Positions 34,365 through 43,290 of a stretch of 64,000 bases of DNA are shown here, piece by piece. The translations under genes and the position numbers were made by a program. The stretch spans positions 20,754 to 84,753 of the forward strand of contig JBBRFA010000001.1 of assembly GCA_038225185.1 (NCBI GenBank), read 5' to 3'. This stretch comes from Chthoniobacterales bacterium (GTDB lineage: Bacteria; Verrucomicrobiota; Verrucomicrobiia; Chthoniobacterales; DASVRZ01). Position 1 is the stretch's first letter; each line of letters begins with the position of its first letter. The notes under the pieces were generated by a model. The model had not been told where the DNA came from. It searched no databases and saw nothing but the letters and a program-made list of their open reading frames with translations.

Positions 34365-36677
34365 TTATGGTGAGTCGAGAGTGAGCGTGCGCAATCGAAG
34401 CGCGTTGGCGATGACGGAGAGGGAGCTGAGGCTCATGGCGGCTCCGGCGATGATCGGGCTGAGCAGCAGGCCGAAGAACGGGTAGAGCAAGCCGGCGGCG
34501 ATGGGAATGCCGAGAGCGTTGTAGATGAAGGCGAAGAAGAGGTTTTGCCGGATGTTACCCATCACCGCGCGGCTCAGGATCAAGGCTCGCAGCAGCCCGC
34601 GCAGGTCGCCGTGGAGCAGGGTGATGCCTGCGCTTTCCATCGCGACATCGGTGCCGGTGCCCATGGCGATGCCGACATCGGCGGCGGCCAGGGCGGGCGC
34701 GTCGTTGATGCCGTCGCCCGCCATCGCGACGATTTTCCCTTCTTTGCGCAGCGCGGCGACGCGATTGTGTTTATCGGCAGGCGAGACGTCAGCTTCGAAT
34801 TTCTCGATGCCGACTTCATCGGCTACGGAACGGGCGGTGCCGGGTTGATCGCCGGTCAGCATGAGAATTTCGATATCCAGCTTACGCAGTGCGGCGACCG
34901 AATCCCTGGCCGAGGATCGGATCGGATCAGCCACAAAAAACATTGCGGCAGCGTTTCCGTCGATTGCACAATAAATGGCGGTCTGACCTTTCTCCTGTCG
35001 ATCCTTCGCCACGGTATCGAACTCGTCCAAACCTGAGATCGACTCCTCTTTAAGAAAATCTTTTTTGCCGATTAAAACGCGTTTGCCATCGGCGGTTGCC
35101 CCGACGACACCGCCGGTGGTGGATGCAAAATCAGTGGCGGTGAGCGGCTCGATTTTCCGATCGCGCGCTCCGGCCACGATGGCGGCAGCGAGGGGATGTT
35201 CGCTTGAGTTTTCCACGCCTGCGGCCAGCGCGAGGATTTTATCCCCGGTGAGATCGGGCGGTAGTTTCGTGGCCAGCGCGACTTCGACGAGGCGCGGTTT
35301 GCCCTCGGTGAGCGTGCCGGTTTTATCGACTACCAAGGTGGTGATTTTTTCCATGCGCTCCATGGACTCGGCGTTTTTAATCAGCACGCCAGCCTGCGCG
35401 CCGCGCCCGACGCCGACCATGATCGACATCGGTGTCGCCAGTCCAAGCGCACAGGGGCAGGCGATGATTAGAACGGCCACTGCATTGACCACAGCAAAAG
35501 CCAGACGCGGCTCCGGTCCGAGCCAGAACCACAATCCAAACGTGAGCACCGCCACGGCGAAAACGACCGGCACGAACCAGCCTGCGACCCGGTCGGCCAG
35601 GGCCTGGATCGGGGCGCGACTGCGCTGCGCTTGAGAAACCATCGCGACGATTTGCGCCAGCACCGTATCGCTCCCGACGCGGCTTGCGGTCATGATGAAA
35701 CTACCGGTGCCATTCACTGTGCCAGCGGTCACGTCGTCACCGGTGGCCTTTTTTACCGGGTCTGGCTCGCCGGTGAGCATCGATTCATCGACCGTGGAAT
35801 GTCCTTCCGCAAGCACGCCGTCCACCGGGATTTTATCGCCTGGCAAAACGCGTAAACGGGCGTTGGCTTTTACTTCGGCGACCGGCACTTCGCGTTCGTT
35901 GTCGGCGTCGAGCAGGCGCGCTGTCGGGGGTGTGAGATCGAGCAACGCGCGCAAGGCCGACCCCGTGCGAATGCGTGCGCGCAATTCCAACACCTGCCCG
36001 AGCAGCACGAGCACGATGATCATTGCCGCCGCCTCGAAATAAATCCCAACGGCACCCCCATGCGTCGCGGCAAGCGGAAAAAGACCGGGGGCAAGCATGG
36101 CGACAACGCTGTAAAGCCAGGCTGCGCCGACACCGAGCGCGATGAGGGTGAACATATTAAAATGACGGGTCAGCACGGATTTCCAGCCGCGCACAAAGAA
36201 CGGCCAGCCCGCCCAAAGCACGACCGGCGTGGAAAGGGCAAACTGGGTCCAGCGCGAGACGGGCCCCATCACCCAGAGGGGTGCGCCGGGGAACAGATGC
36301 GTCATTGCCAGCAGGAAAACGGGCAGGGTTAGGATGCCGCCGATCCAGAGCCGGCGGGTCATGTCCAGCAGTTCGGCATCCTCCCCTGGCTCGGCGTTAA
36401 CGGGATTTTTTAGTTCCAACGCCATGCCGCAGATGGGGCAATCGCCCGGTTGCTCGCGCTCAATTTCGGGGTGCATCGGGCAGGTGTAAATCGTCTTCCC
36501 GACAGCCGGTTTCCACGTCGGGTTGCGTTCCAACGTCATGCCGCATTTGGGGCAATCGCCCGGTTGATCCGATTCGACACCTTCGCACATCGGGCAAAAA
36601 TAATGGGCCGTGACAGGAGGTGCGACGTTGTTTTCGGCGTGCCCGCCGCAGCAGGAGTGGGCTGGTTTTGGGTCCAT
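34365..36677 (-). CDS. copA: Copper-translocating P1B-type ATPase with two N-terminal zinc-ribbon-like heavy-metal-binding (HMBD) modules
   Basis: Track ORF trimmed to ATG 36677, 4 nt after the MCO stop. [25 protein letters not shown] and [56 protein letters not shown]. Confidence 0.95.
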   Translation of the reverse strand: MDPKPAHSCCGGHAENNVAPPVTAHYFCPMCEGVESDQPGDCPKCGMTLERNPTWKPAVGKTIYTCPMHPEIEREQPGDCPICGMALELKNPVNAEPGEDAELLDMTRRLWIGGILTLPVFLLAMTHLFPGAPLWVMGPVSRWTQFALSTPVVLWAGWPFFVRGWKSVLTRHFNMFTLIALGVGAAWLYSVVAMLAPGLFPLAATHGGAVGIYFEAAAMIIVLVLLGQVLELRARIRTGSALRALLDLTPPTARLLDADNEREVPVAEVKANARLRVLPGDKIPVDGVLAEGHSTVDESMLTGEPDPVKKATGDDVTAGTVNGTGSFIMTASRVGSDTVLAQIVAMVSQAQRSRAPIQALADRVAGWFVPVVFAVAVLTFGLWFWLGPEPRLAFAVVNAVAVLIIACPCALGLATPMSIMVGVGRGAQAGVLIKNAESMERMEKITTLVVDKTGTLTEGKPRLVEVALATKLPPDLTGDKILALAAGVENSSEHPLAAAIVAGARDRKIEPLTATDFASTTGGVVGATADGKRVLIGKKDFLKEESISGLDEFDTVAKDRQEKGQTAIYCAIDGNAAAMFFVADPIRSSARDSVAALRKLDIEILMLTGDQPGTARSVADEVGIEKFEADVSPADKHNRVAALRKEGKIVAMAGDGINDAPALAAADVGIAMGTGTDVAMESAGITLLHGDLRGLLRALILSRAVMGNIRQNLFFAFIYNALGIPIAAGLLYPFFGLLLSPIIAGAAMSLSSLSVIANALRLRTLTLDSP

Positions 36678-36681
36678 CAGA

Positions 36682-38049
36682 TTACGATGCGGTGATGCCG
36701 TCGCGGCGGAGTTCATCGGCGGTGGCGGCGACGGCGCCGAGGCCGGGCGGGATGACATACCAGCCGGGGTCGGTCTCGTAGTCGGTGAGGTTTTCGCGGA
36801 CTTTGAGGTTGGTGTACATGCCGCCCATGGTGATGTAACCGTGAGGGCCGACAGCACCGACCATCGGGGTGGAATTGCGCGGCACGGACATGCCCATGTC
36901 GCCCATGTCGCCCATTCCGTCCTGGCCCATGGTCATGTAACCGGGGACGACTTTGCGGGCGCGTTTATCGAAGTCGGCGGGGACGATGCCGATGGAGTTT
37001 GGGATATCGTGGCCCATCTGATTCATGACGTGGTGGGTCATGTGACAATGCATCGCCCAATCGCCGGGGTTGTTGGCGAGAAACTCAACCGTGCGCGTGC
37101 TGCCGGTGGGAACGAGGATGGTCGTTTCGGGCCATTGACCTTCCGTGGCAATGCGTCCGCCGTCGGTCTCGGTGACGAGCCATTTGTGACCGTGAAAATG
37201 GAAGGGGTGATGATCCATGGCGGAGAGGTTGCCGATGCGGATTTTAACGTGGTCACCCTTTTTGACAATGAGCGGCGCGGTGCCGGGAAAGGCTTTGGCG
37301 TTGATGGTTAGCAGATTGAAATCTTTCATCTCGTTCGGGTTGGGCCGGGTGGTGCCCGGGTCGATGCGCCATTCGGAAAGCATCATCACGAAGTCGCGAT
37401 CCGGGCGCGGAAATTTCTCCAAATCGGGATCGCGGGGATGGATGATGAACATGCCTAACATGCCGAGGGCCATCTGGGTCATTTCGTCGTGATGGGAGTG
37501 ATACATGAAGGTGCCGTGCTGCCAGACGGTGTATTCGTATTTGAAGGTCTCGCCGGGCTGGATGGTTTTTTGCGAAAGGCCGCCGACGCCGTCCATGCCG
37601 CTGGGGAGAATGATGCCGTGCCAGTGGATGCTGGTGGCGGCGGGCAGATTGTTAGTAACATAAATGCGGAGGCGGTCGCCCTCGACGCATTCGATGGTGG
37701 GGCCGTGAACTTGTTTGTTAAAGCCCCAGCAGGTGGCTCGAAGGGCTTGGTTGTTCTCCGATTTCGGAATGAATTCGTGCCAGACTTCTTCGCAGGTGAG
37801 GTGCATTACTTTTACGCCGTCAACGATTTTGAAGGGGAGGGTCGAGCCGTTGAGGGTGACGGATGGCTGGTAGTCGATGCCGGGGCGTCCGGGTTGCGGA
37901 TGGGGCGGGTGGGTCCAGGCGGGTTCGCTGGAATCGTGGACCTGGCGGGTGGCAGCAGTCTCGGCGCGGGTGAAGTTGCGGGAGAGGGCAGTGAGACCGG
38001 CGATGGCGGCGGCGGTGCCAATGAATTGACGACGATGGATGGTGGGCAT
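36682..38049 (-). CDS. Multicopper oxidase (CopA/PcoA/CueO-like), Tat-exported, with a Met-rich C-terminal segment
   Basis: Track ORF trimmed to ATG 38049. Twin-arginine signal [22 protein letters not shown]. Copper ligand motifs HWHG, YHSHH and [12 protein letters not shown]. Met-rich [19 protein letters not shown]. Confidence 0.9.
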   Translation of the reverse strand: MPTIHRRQFIGTAAAIAGLTALSRNFTRAETAATRQVHDSSEPAWTHPPHPQPGRPGIDYQPSVTLNGSTLPFKIVDGVKVMHLTCEEVWHEFIPKSENNQALRATCWGFNKQVHGPTIECVEGDRLRIYVTNNLPAATSIHWHGIILPSGMDGVGGLSQKTIQPGETFKYEYTVWQHGTFMYHSHHDEMTQMALGMLGMFIIHPRDPDLEKFPRPDRDFVMMLSEWRIDPGTTRPNPNEMKDFNLLTINAKAFPGTAPLIVKKGDHVKIRIGNLSAMDHHPFHFHGHKWLVTETDGGRIATEGQWPETTILVPTGSTRTVEFLANNPGDWAMHCHMTHHVMNQMGHDIPNSIGIVPADFDKRARKVVPGYMTMGQDGMGDMGDMGMSVPRNSTPMVGAVGPHGYITMGGMYTNLKVRENLTDYETDPGWYVIPPGLGAVAATADELRRDGITAS

Positions 38050-38053
38050 GATG

Positions 38054-39346
38054 TTACTTTCTATTGATTGAGGCTGGGACGGTTGCCGCAAGATCGCCGC
38101 CGACGGTGCGTTCGAGACGGGCATGGGTGAGCCAGTAATCGCGGGTGGCTTCGATGAGGTTGCGTTCGGCTTCGATGGCCTCGCGGCGGGCGGCAAAAAG
38201 CTCGAAGGCGCCAGTGATCATGGCGTTGTATTTTTGGAGGGTGAGCGCGACGATTTTCTGGCGGGTGGGCACGGCGTCCTCGCGGAAAAAGCGGGCCATA
38301 TCGGCCTCGGCGAGGAGACGATCGCGCAAGGTCCGGGTATCGGAACGGATGTCGATGGCCAGGCCCTCGAACTGACGGGCGGCCTTGCGAAATCTGGCCT
38401 GGCTGCGGGAGATGCGGGCCTGGCCTTGATTGAAAATGGGGAGCTCGATGGAGAGCGATGCGCCGTTGAGATTCCCACCGTCGGGTTCATGTTCACCGAC
38501 GAGTCCGAAACCGAGGCCACCGAGAAAGCGGAAATTTTTGGCAAGCCCGCTTGAACGCATGGCCGATTCCAAATCGAAGCGGGCGGCGGCAAGATCGCGG
38601 CGATTGGCCACGGCAAGCGATTCGAGGTGTGCGACGGAGGGGAGATTGTCGGGAATATCGGGCAGGGGGAGGGTGATTTTCCAATTGGTTTGCGGTCCCC
38701 AGAGGGAAAGGAGGCGGTTGAGGTCTTCGCGGTGTTCGCGTGCATCGGCCGTGGCTTTGGCGATTTCGAGGCGGGCGGAGCTGTAGGCGGCCTGCTCGGT
38801 AAGGAGGGCAAGGTCGGTGATGTTACCGGCGGCGTGAAGTTTCTGGGCGAATTCAAGCGAAACGCGGCGGGCGGCGAGATTGGCAGTGAGTTTTTCGCCC
38901 ACGGCGATGTCTGCCTGGATTTGGATGAAGCTGATTTTGACTTCTGCGACAGTCTGCGTGGTGACATCGGCGACACGCGCTTCGACGGCAGCCAGCTCGT
39001 TTTTCGCCACGGCGGTGCGCAGCGGAATCATTAGGACATCGAGAAAATTTTGCATGAGACCCCATTCGGTCAACGCGCCGGAAGGAGAGCGGTCGGGAAA
39101 TTTAAGGGTGAAATCGAGGGAGGGATTGGCGATTTGTCTGGCTTCCTGCAAATCGGCTTGGGACAGGCCGATGTCCTCGAAAGTGGCCTGGAGGGTGCGA
39201 TTGTTGAGCAGGGCGATGCGGACGGCGGAGTCGATGGTAAGCGGTTTTCGCAGGAGCGGCGCGATGTCTGGCGGCTGCACGGGAGTGGGGGCGGCGGCGG
39301 AGACCGTCACGACGGACAGGACAAAGAGCAGGAAGAGGATTTTCAT
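38054..39346 (-). CDS. TolC/CusC-like outer-membrane efflux protein (OEP family)
   Basis: Track ORF trimmed to ATG 39346, giving the signal peptide MKILFLLFVLSVVTVSAAA. Two OEP repeats, e.g. AVRIALLNNRTLQATFEDIGLSQADLQEARQIANPSLDF and ...LIEATRDYWLTHARLERTVGG. Confidence 0.85.
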   Translation of the reverse strand: MKILFLLFVLSVVTVSAAAPTPVQPPDIAPLLRKPLTIDSAVRIALLNNRTLQATFEDIGLSQADLQEARQIANPSLDFTLKFPDRSPSGALTEWGLMQNFLDVLMIPLRTAVAKNELAAVEARVADVTTQTVAEVKISFIQIQADIAVGEKLTANLAARRVSLEFAQKLHAAGNITDLALLTEQAAYSSARLEIAKATADAREHREDLNRLLSLWGPQTNWKITLPLPDIPDNLPSVAHLESLAVANRRDLAAARFDLESAMRSSGLAKNFRFLGGLGFGLVGEHEPDGGNLNGASLSIELPIFNQGQARISRSQARFRKAARQFEGLAIDIRSDTRTLRDRLLAEADMARFFREDAVPTRQKIVALTLQKYNAMITGAFELFAARREAIEAERNLIEATRDYWLTHARLERTVGGDLAATVPASINRK

Positions 39347-39362
39347 GGAATAAAACGGCGGA

Positions 39363-39659
39363 TCAGTGGTCCATGGTTGAGTGATCCATTTTCGGTTGAT
39401 TGACCGGCGCGGGGGAAGGGGGGGTGGTAATGGGTTCGGCCTCACTTTGCCGGGTCTGCTTTTCGCGCTCGTCGAGAAGTTGCCGGGTGCGTCGGGTGTC
39501 GGTGTCGGGCGTTAACATGCGGATTTCGTGGCTCCGGGCGCTCTCATTTGCGGAAGAATTGGCGGGATGTTGGGGGTCGATGATGAGGGGAGCCGTGGCA
39601 CACCCTCCGAGGAGCAGACAGGGCAGGAGAAAGGCGGTGCTGCGGTGGATGAAGCTCAT
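39363..39659 (-). CDS. Small lipoprotein with a C-terminal Met/His motif (putative periplasmic metal-binding protein)
   Basis: 98 aa. Lipobox LLLGG-C. Ends ...NQPKMDHSTMDH. Its stop is 16 nt before the OMP start. Confidence 0.55.
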   Translation of the reverse strand: MSFIHRSTAFLLPCLLLGGCATAPLIIDPQHPANSSANESARSHEIRMLTPDTDTRRTRQLLDEREKQTRQSEAEPITTPPSPAPVNQPKMDHSTMDH

Positions 39660-39754
39660 AATCGTGTGTAAGGGGGGTGTTGGGCGAAGAACTCGGGGTG
39701 CCGAATCTGTCTGCCCCGGTACGGATGGAACGCACCGAGGCTGGGCGGGGTGGT

Positions 39755-40042
39755 TTATTTTTTGGCTGCGGCAGCTTCAGCATCTTTCACCATTTTGGTA
39801 TATTTGGCCGGATCTTGGGCGAAGTCCTTTTTGCACATTTTGCAGCAGAGCCAGACGTCGGTGCCTTGGTCGGACACTTTGACGGGTTTGCCATGTTCGC
39901 CGAGTTTTTCGTCGGTCACGACGCAGGTTTTCAGCGGATAGCTGGCGGGCGGCACGGTTTGATCGTCGGCGGCGTGGATGGGCGCGACGCAGGCAAGGAC
40001 GGCTAACGCGGCGAGATTAAGGAGGTGTGTTTTAAGGTTCAT
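39755..40042 (-). CDS. Small secreted YHS/TRASH-like Cys protein
   Basis: 95 aa. Signal peptide ...LACVAPIHA-AD, then C-x(n)-CC-x2-C with F..DP.KY: LKTCVVTDEKLGEHGKPVKVSDQGTDVWLCCKMCKKDFAQDPAKY. Confidence 0.6.
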   Translation of the reverse strand: MNLKTHLLNLAALAVLACVAPIHAADDQTVPPASYPLKTCVVTDEKLGEHGKPVKVSDQGTDVWLCCKMCKKDFAQDPAKYTKMVKDAEAAAAKK

Positions 40043-40113
40043 TTTTTGGATTATTCTGTTTTGGATGATTTAGTTTCCTGTGATGGGTTGTCTGGTTTCG
40101 CGCACAGGAACGC

Positions 40114-40179
40114 GAAAATCGAAAAGTGACTGTGAGGAGCAGCGCACGAAGGTTGGCGCTGAAAATCAAAAAGTGACTG
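40114..40179 (-). promoter_or_regulatory. Pair of 19-bp direct repeats upstream of the copper operon genes (candidate operator)
   Basis: gaaaatcgaaaagtgactg (40114-40132) and gaaaatcaaaaagtgactg (40161-40179) match at 18 of 19 positions, with 47 bp start-to-start spacing. They lie 72-137 nt upstream of the start at 40042. Confidence 0.45.
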
Positions 40180-40212
40180 CCTATTAATCGCGGCGAAGCG
40201 GAAGGCTGGTCG

Positions 40213-40617
40213 TTAGATAAACAACGGGGGCGCGAATGCCGGATGACAGCGTTGCAAGTCGATGCTGGCAACTGTTCGCTTCGCTGGCGGGGCACCAAGA
40301 TGGATGCCGTCGATGGGCTGGTCGTCCGAAAGTATGACGATGAAAGTGAGGTGAGTGAGAAGAGCCTCCGCAAGTGAGGAAACGGGGATGGGAGGAATGC
40401 TGAGACTGGCTTGTTCGGTGGTCTGCAATTTCTGGCAGCAGACCATCAGAGTGCCTTTGGCGGGCTGATTTTTCTCCGATTGGGCGCAGCAAGTTTCCGG
40501 TTGGGTGCTGTCGGCACGGAGTGATGCGAGGGCGCAATGATTGGACATATCGAACCAAGCCAGGAGGCTAAGCAGGACGACGAATGTTTTCGTAAAATGT
40601 CCTAATCTGGAAATCAT
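40213..40617 (-). CDS. Hypothetical small secreted Cys-rich protein (first ORF of the copper cluster)
   Basis: 134 aa. N-terminal hydrophobic signal FVVLLSLLAWF and paired cysteines ETCCAQ and MVCCQK. Supported only by position and orientation. Two overlapping track ORFs (40032..40373 and 40184..40558) compete with it. Confidence 0.4.
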   Translation of the reverse strand: MISRLGHFTKTFVVLLSLLAWFDMSNHCALASLRADSTQPETCCAQSEKNQPAKGTLMVCCQKLQTTEQASLSIPPIPVSSLAEALLTHLTFIVILSDDQPIDGIHLGAPPAKRTVASIDLQRCHPAFAPPLFI

Positions 40618-40720
40618 TAAGTTTTAAGATCGTCCACTGCCGATATTGTTCAAATGTTTTTTGAGCCGGCAGATGCATTCAAGCAGCCAAGCAGCTCAGC
40701 GGTTCCAGGCGGCACCCGGA

Positions 40721-41803
40721 TTACACGGTTAGTTCTGTCTTTGGATAGCTGCCGAGGATTTTGATGAAACTGCAATGGGCCTCCAATTCGTCGATGGCTT
40801 TGGCGACGGCCTCGTCGGTGTAATGCCCTTCCAAATCGACAAAAAAGAAATACTCCCAGGCTTTGCGTTTCGAGGGGCGGCTAACAATTTTACTAAGGCT
40901 GATTTTTAACCGGTTGAAGGGTTCCAAGGCGGAGAAAAGGGCGCCGGCCTTGTCGCGCACGCAAAACATGAGCGAGGTTTTATCGTGGCCGGTCGCCGGG
41001 CAGGTGGTGGGGCTGATGACGAGAAAACGCGTGGTGTTGTTAGGATTATCCTGCACGGCGGCTTCGAGGATGTCGAGCTGATAGACTTCGGCGGCCATGC
41101 GTCCGGCGAGGGCGGCGGCGTGGGGTTCGGCGGCGGCGAGTTCGGCGGCGCGGGTGGTGCTGCTAACTTCGATGAGATCGACATTATGCATGTGGCGTTC
41201 CAGCCAGACGCGGCACTGGCCGAAGACTTGGGGATGGGAATAAATTTTGCGGATTTCGGTGCGAGGGAGTTTGGCGATGAGGTTGTTTTCGATTTTGAGG
41301 AGGATTTGGGCGCAGATGCGCAAATCGCTTTCCATGAAGGCGTCGAGGGTGTAATTGACCGCGCCTTCGGTGGAATTTTCGATGGGCACCACACCGTAGT
41401 CGGCCTGGCCGCGGGCGACTTGGTGGAAGACGTCGCTGATATTGGTCTGCGGAGAGTAACGCACACTGGCACCGAAACGGCTGCGGGCGGCCTGATGTGT
41501 CCAGGTGGCCTCGGGGCCGAGATAGGCGATGGCAAGGTCTTTTTCGAGAGCAAGCGAGGCCGACATGATTTCGCGATAAATGGCGCGAATGGCCTTGGCG
41601 TCGAGCAGGCTGTCGGGCAGGGCTTTGGATTTGGCGACGAGTTTTTTAAGGAGGGTTTCCTCGCGTTCGGGTGCGTAAATGGAGATGCCCTGGGCGCGTT
41701 TGGTTTCGCCGACCTGATGAACGAGTTGGGCGCGCTGATTAAGCAGTTCGATGATTTGGGAATCGAGGGTATCGATTTGTTTGCGAAGCGGTTCGAGGCT
41801 CAT
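40721..41803 (-). CDS. pheA: Bifunctional chorismate mutase/prephenate dehydratase
   Basis: 360 aa. CM domain LRKQIDTLDSQIIELLNQRAQL, PDT domain IAYLGPEATWTHQAA...TRFLVI, and a C-terminal ACT domain. Confidence 0.95.
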   Translation of the reverse strand: MSLEPLRKQIDTLDSQIIELLNQRAQLVHQVGETKRAQGISIYAPEREETLLKKLVAKSKALPDSLLDAKAIRAIYREIMSASLALEKDLAIAYLGPEATWTHQAARSRFGASVRYSPQTNISDVFHQVARGQADYGVVPIENSTEGAVNYTLDAFMESDLRICAQILLKIENNLIAKLPRTEIRKIYSHPQVFGQCRVWLERHMHNVDLIEVSSTTRAAELAAAEPHAAALAGRMAAEVYQLDILEAAVQDNPNNTTRFLVISPTTCPATGHDKTSLMFCVRDKAGALFSALEPFNRLKISLSKIVSRPSKRKAWEYFFFVDLEGHYTDEAVAKAIDELEAHCSFIKILGSYPKTELTV

Positions 41804-42621
41804 GGGGTGGAATGCGGAATGGGGAGGTCGGAATGCGTGGTGGGGAGGTCGGAATGCGGAATGGGGAGGGCGGAGTGCGGAATGGGGAGGTCGGAGTGCG
41901 GAATGGGGAGGTCGGAGGGCGGAATGAACTCGGTGTCGGGTGCTGTGGTTGCGACATTGTGTTCCGTCTGCGGGTCAATTTCGCCAGTCTCATTACCTAG
42001 GATGGGAGTGAGCGGAAGCTGTTCTGCAACTGGGATTTCCAGAATGGGAGCGGTGGGAAGTTTGATGTGGCGGAGCTCGGTGGAATTGGGGAGTTCATCG
42101 AGCGATTTGAGGCCGAAATGTTCGAGGAAAAATTGGGTGGACTCGTAGAGAAGTGGGCGTCCGGGCACTTCGGCGCGTCCGGCGATGCGGATGAGGCTGG
42201 CGTCGAGGAGTTTTTGGATCATGCCATCGACGGCGACTCCGCGCACGGCTTCGATGTCGGCTTTGGTAATGGGCTGACGATAAGCGATGATGGCGAGGGT
42301 CTCGAGGGCGGGCGGGCTGAGTCGGGAGGGTTTGCCTTCGGGGAAAAGCTGACGCACCCAAACGGCGTAGGGAGGTTGGGTATTGAGTTGCCAGCCGTTG
42401 ACTTGTTCGACGAGTTGAAAGGCGTGTCCGGCGTGAAGGTAGTCCGTTTTGAGTTCAGCGAGGGCGCTGCCGACTTCGGCTTCCTTGGTTTTGGCAAATT
42501 CGATGACGTTGGGTTCGTCGGAAAAATCGGTTGCCCCGCGCAGGGCGGTGACGATTTCCTTGGGTAAAAGCGGTTTTTGGGAGGCGAAGAGCAGGGCTTC
42601 GACGACTTTTTTGAGACTCAT
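41800..42621 (-). CDS. scpB: Segregation and condensation protein B with a C-terminal heptad-repeat tail
   Basis: Track ORF trimmed to ATG 42621 (MSLKKVVEALLFASQKPLLPKEI...). Tandem winged-helix ScpB core: ...LETLAIIAYRQPITKADIEAVRGV...GRAEVPGRPLLYESTQFFLEHFGL. The tail is (H-S-D-L-P-I-P)n. Its stop overlaps the pheA start (ATGA). Confidence 0.9.
   Translation of the reverse strand: MSLKKVVEALLFASQKPLLPKEIVTALRGATDFSDEPNVIEFAKTKEAEVGSALAELKTDYLHAGHAFQLVEQVNGWQLNTQPPYAVWVRQLFPEGKPSRLSPPALETLAIIAYRQPITKADIEAVRGVAVDGMIQKLLDASLIRIAGRAEVPGRPLLYESTQFFLEHFGLKSLDELPNSTELRHIKLPTAPILEIPVAEQLPLTPILGNETGEIDPQTEHNVATTAPDTEFIPPSDLPIPHSDLPIPHSALPIPHSDLPTTHSDLPIPHSTP
41809..41927. repeat. 21-bp tandem repeat, about 5.6 copies (ggaatgcggaatggggaggtc), inside the scpB 3' end
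   Basis: Copies at 41809, 41830, 41851, 41872 and 41893, plus a partial copy at 41914, with 1-4 substitutions each. They encode PIPHSDL heptads on the minus strand. Confidence 0.9.
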
Positions 42622-42770
42622 CGCGGCATTTAACCGTGAGAAAGCGGGATTTTCAATAGCGAAGGGCAGGTGATTTTCAAAATGAACGTTGTCGTGGTGG
42701 CGCGGCTTTCTCGCCGGTCTCAGCGCCACCGCCACTTGCAACTCACCTTGAACCAGCGCATTGTCGGGTT

Positions 42771-43289
42771 ATGTTCTTTCGCTTCCTCGGATTTTTCCTC
42801 TCTCTTTTTTGTGTGCCACATGCTTTGAAAGCCGAACCTCTCGCTCTCACCGCCGACGCTCCCCGCCTCGATGTCGTCTTGCACGACGGCTCCACCGTGA
42901 ATCTTGGCTCCGCTTATGATGCGGGCACGGTGCTGGTTTATTTTTATCCGAAAGCAGATACGCCCGGTTGCACGGCGCAGGCTTGCAGTCTGCGCGATGC
43001 TTTTGCCACGTTGGGCGATCAAGGGGTGCGCGTTTTCGGTGCCAGCGGCGACAAACCCGAAAAACAGGCCGCTTTTCGCGAAAAATACAAACTCCCTTTC
43101 GATCTCATCGCCGATGACAAAGGCAAACTGATGGGTGCCTTCGGGGTGCCCAATTTTGCCAATATCTCCGCGCGCCAGGCTTTTCTAGTTCGCGATGGAA
43201 AAATCGTCTGGCGCGATACCAAAGCCTCCACCGAGAAACAGGCGCAGGATGTGATCGCCGCTCTGGCCACGTTGCCCGCTGCGAAATAG
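42771..43289 (+). CDS. bcp: Thiol peroxidase Bcp-type peroxiredoxin with a signal peptide
   Basis: VLVYFYPKADTPGCTAQACSLRD peroxidatic-Cys motif. N-terminal MFFRFLGFFLSLFCVPHALKA. Confidence 0.85.
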   Translation: MFFRFLGFFLSLFCVPHALKAEPLALTADAPRLDVVLHDGSTVNLGSAYDAGTVLVYFYPKADTPGCTAQACSLRDAFATLGDQGVRVFGASGDKPEKQAAFREKYKLPFDLIADDKGKLMGAFGVPNFANISARQAFLVRDGKIVWRDTKASTEKQAQDVIAALATLPAAK

Positions 43290-43290
43290 C

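Noticed and set aside
34365-36857. N-terminal extensions in the track for copA (to 36857), the multicopper oxidase (to 38196), the OMP (to 39445), the flavoprotein (from 26635), oppF (to 16513) and others
   Set aside because: Each extension overlaps the preceding gene and has an unnatural Pro/Ser/Arg-rich composition. Internal ATGs give proper signal peptides, a Tat motif or canonical N-termini, and leave 2-16 nt spacers, so I trimmed the starts.
38218-38976. 252-aa minus-strand ORF, plus several plus-strand ORFs inside the TolC-like gene
   Set aside because: Off-frame or antisense readings of the OEP-family gene. Pro/Ser/Ala-rich, with no signal peptide or repeat structure.
41809-41927. Considered whether the tandem repeats at 41809-41927, 48784-48837 and 3445-3498 could be CRISPR arrays
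   Set aside because: The units are contiguous, with no unique spacers. They are only 9-21 bp long, two of the three lie in frame inside genes, and no cas genes are present.
40985-42148. 387-aa plus-strand ORF containing a repeated ECGMGRSE peptide
   Set aside because: It is antisense to pheA and scpB. The peptide repeat is just the reverse-strand reading of the 21-bp tandem array that encodes the ScpB tail.
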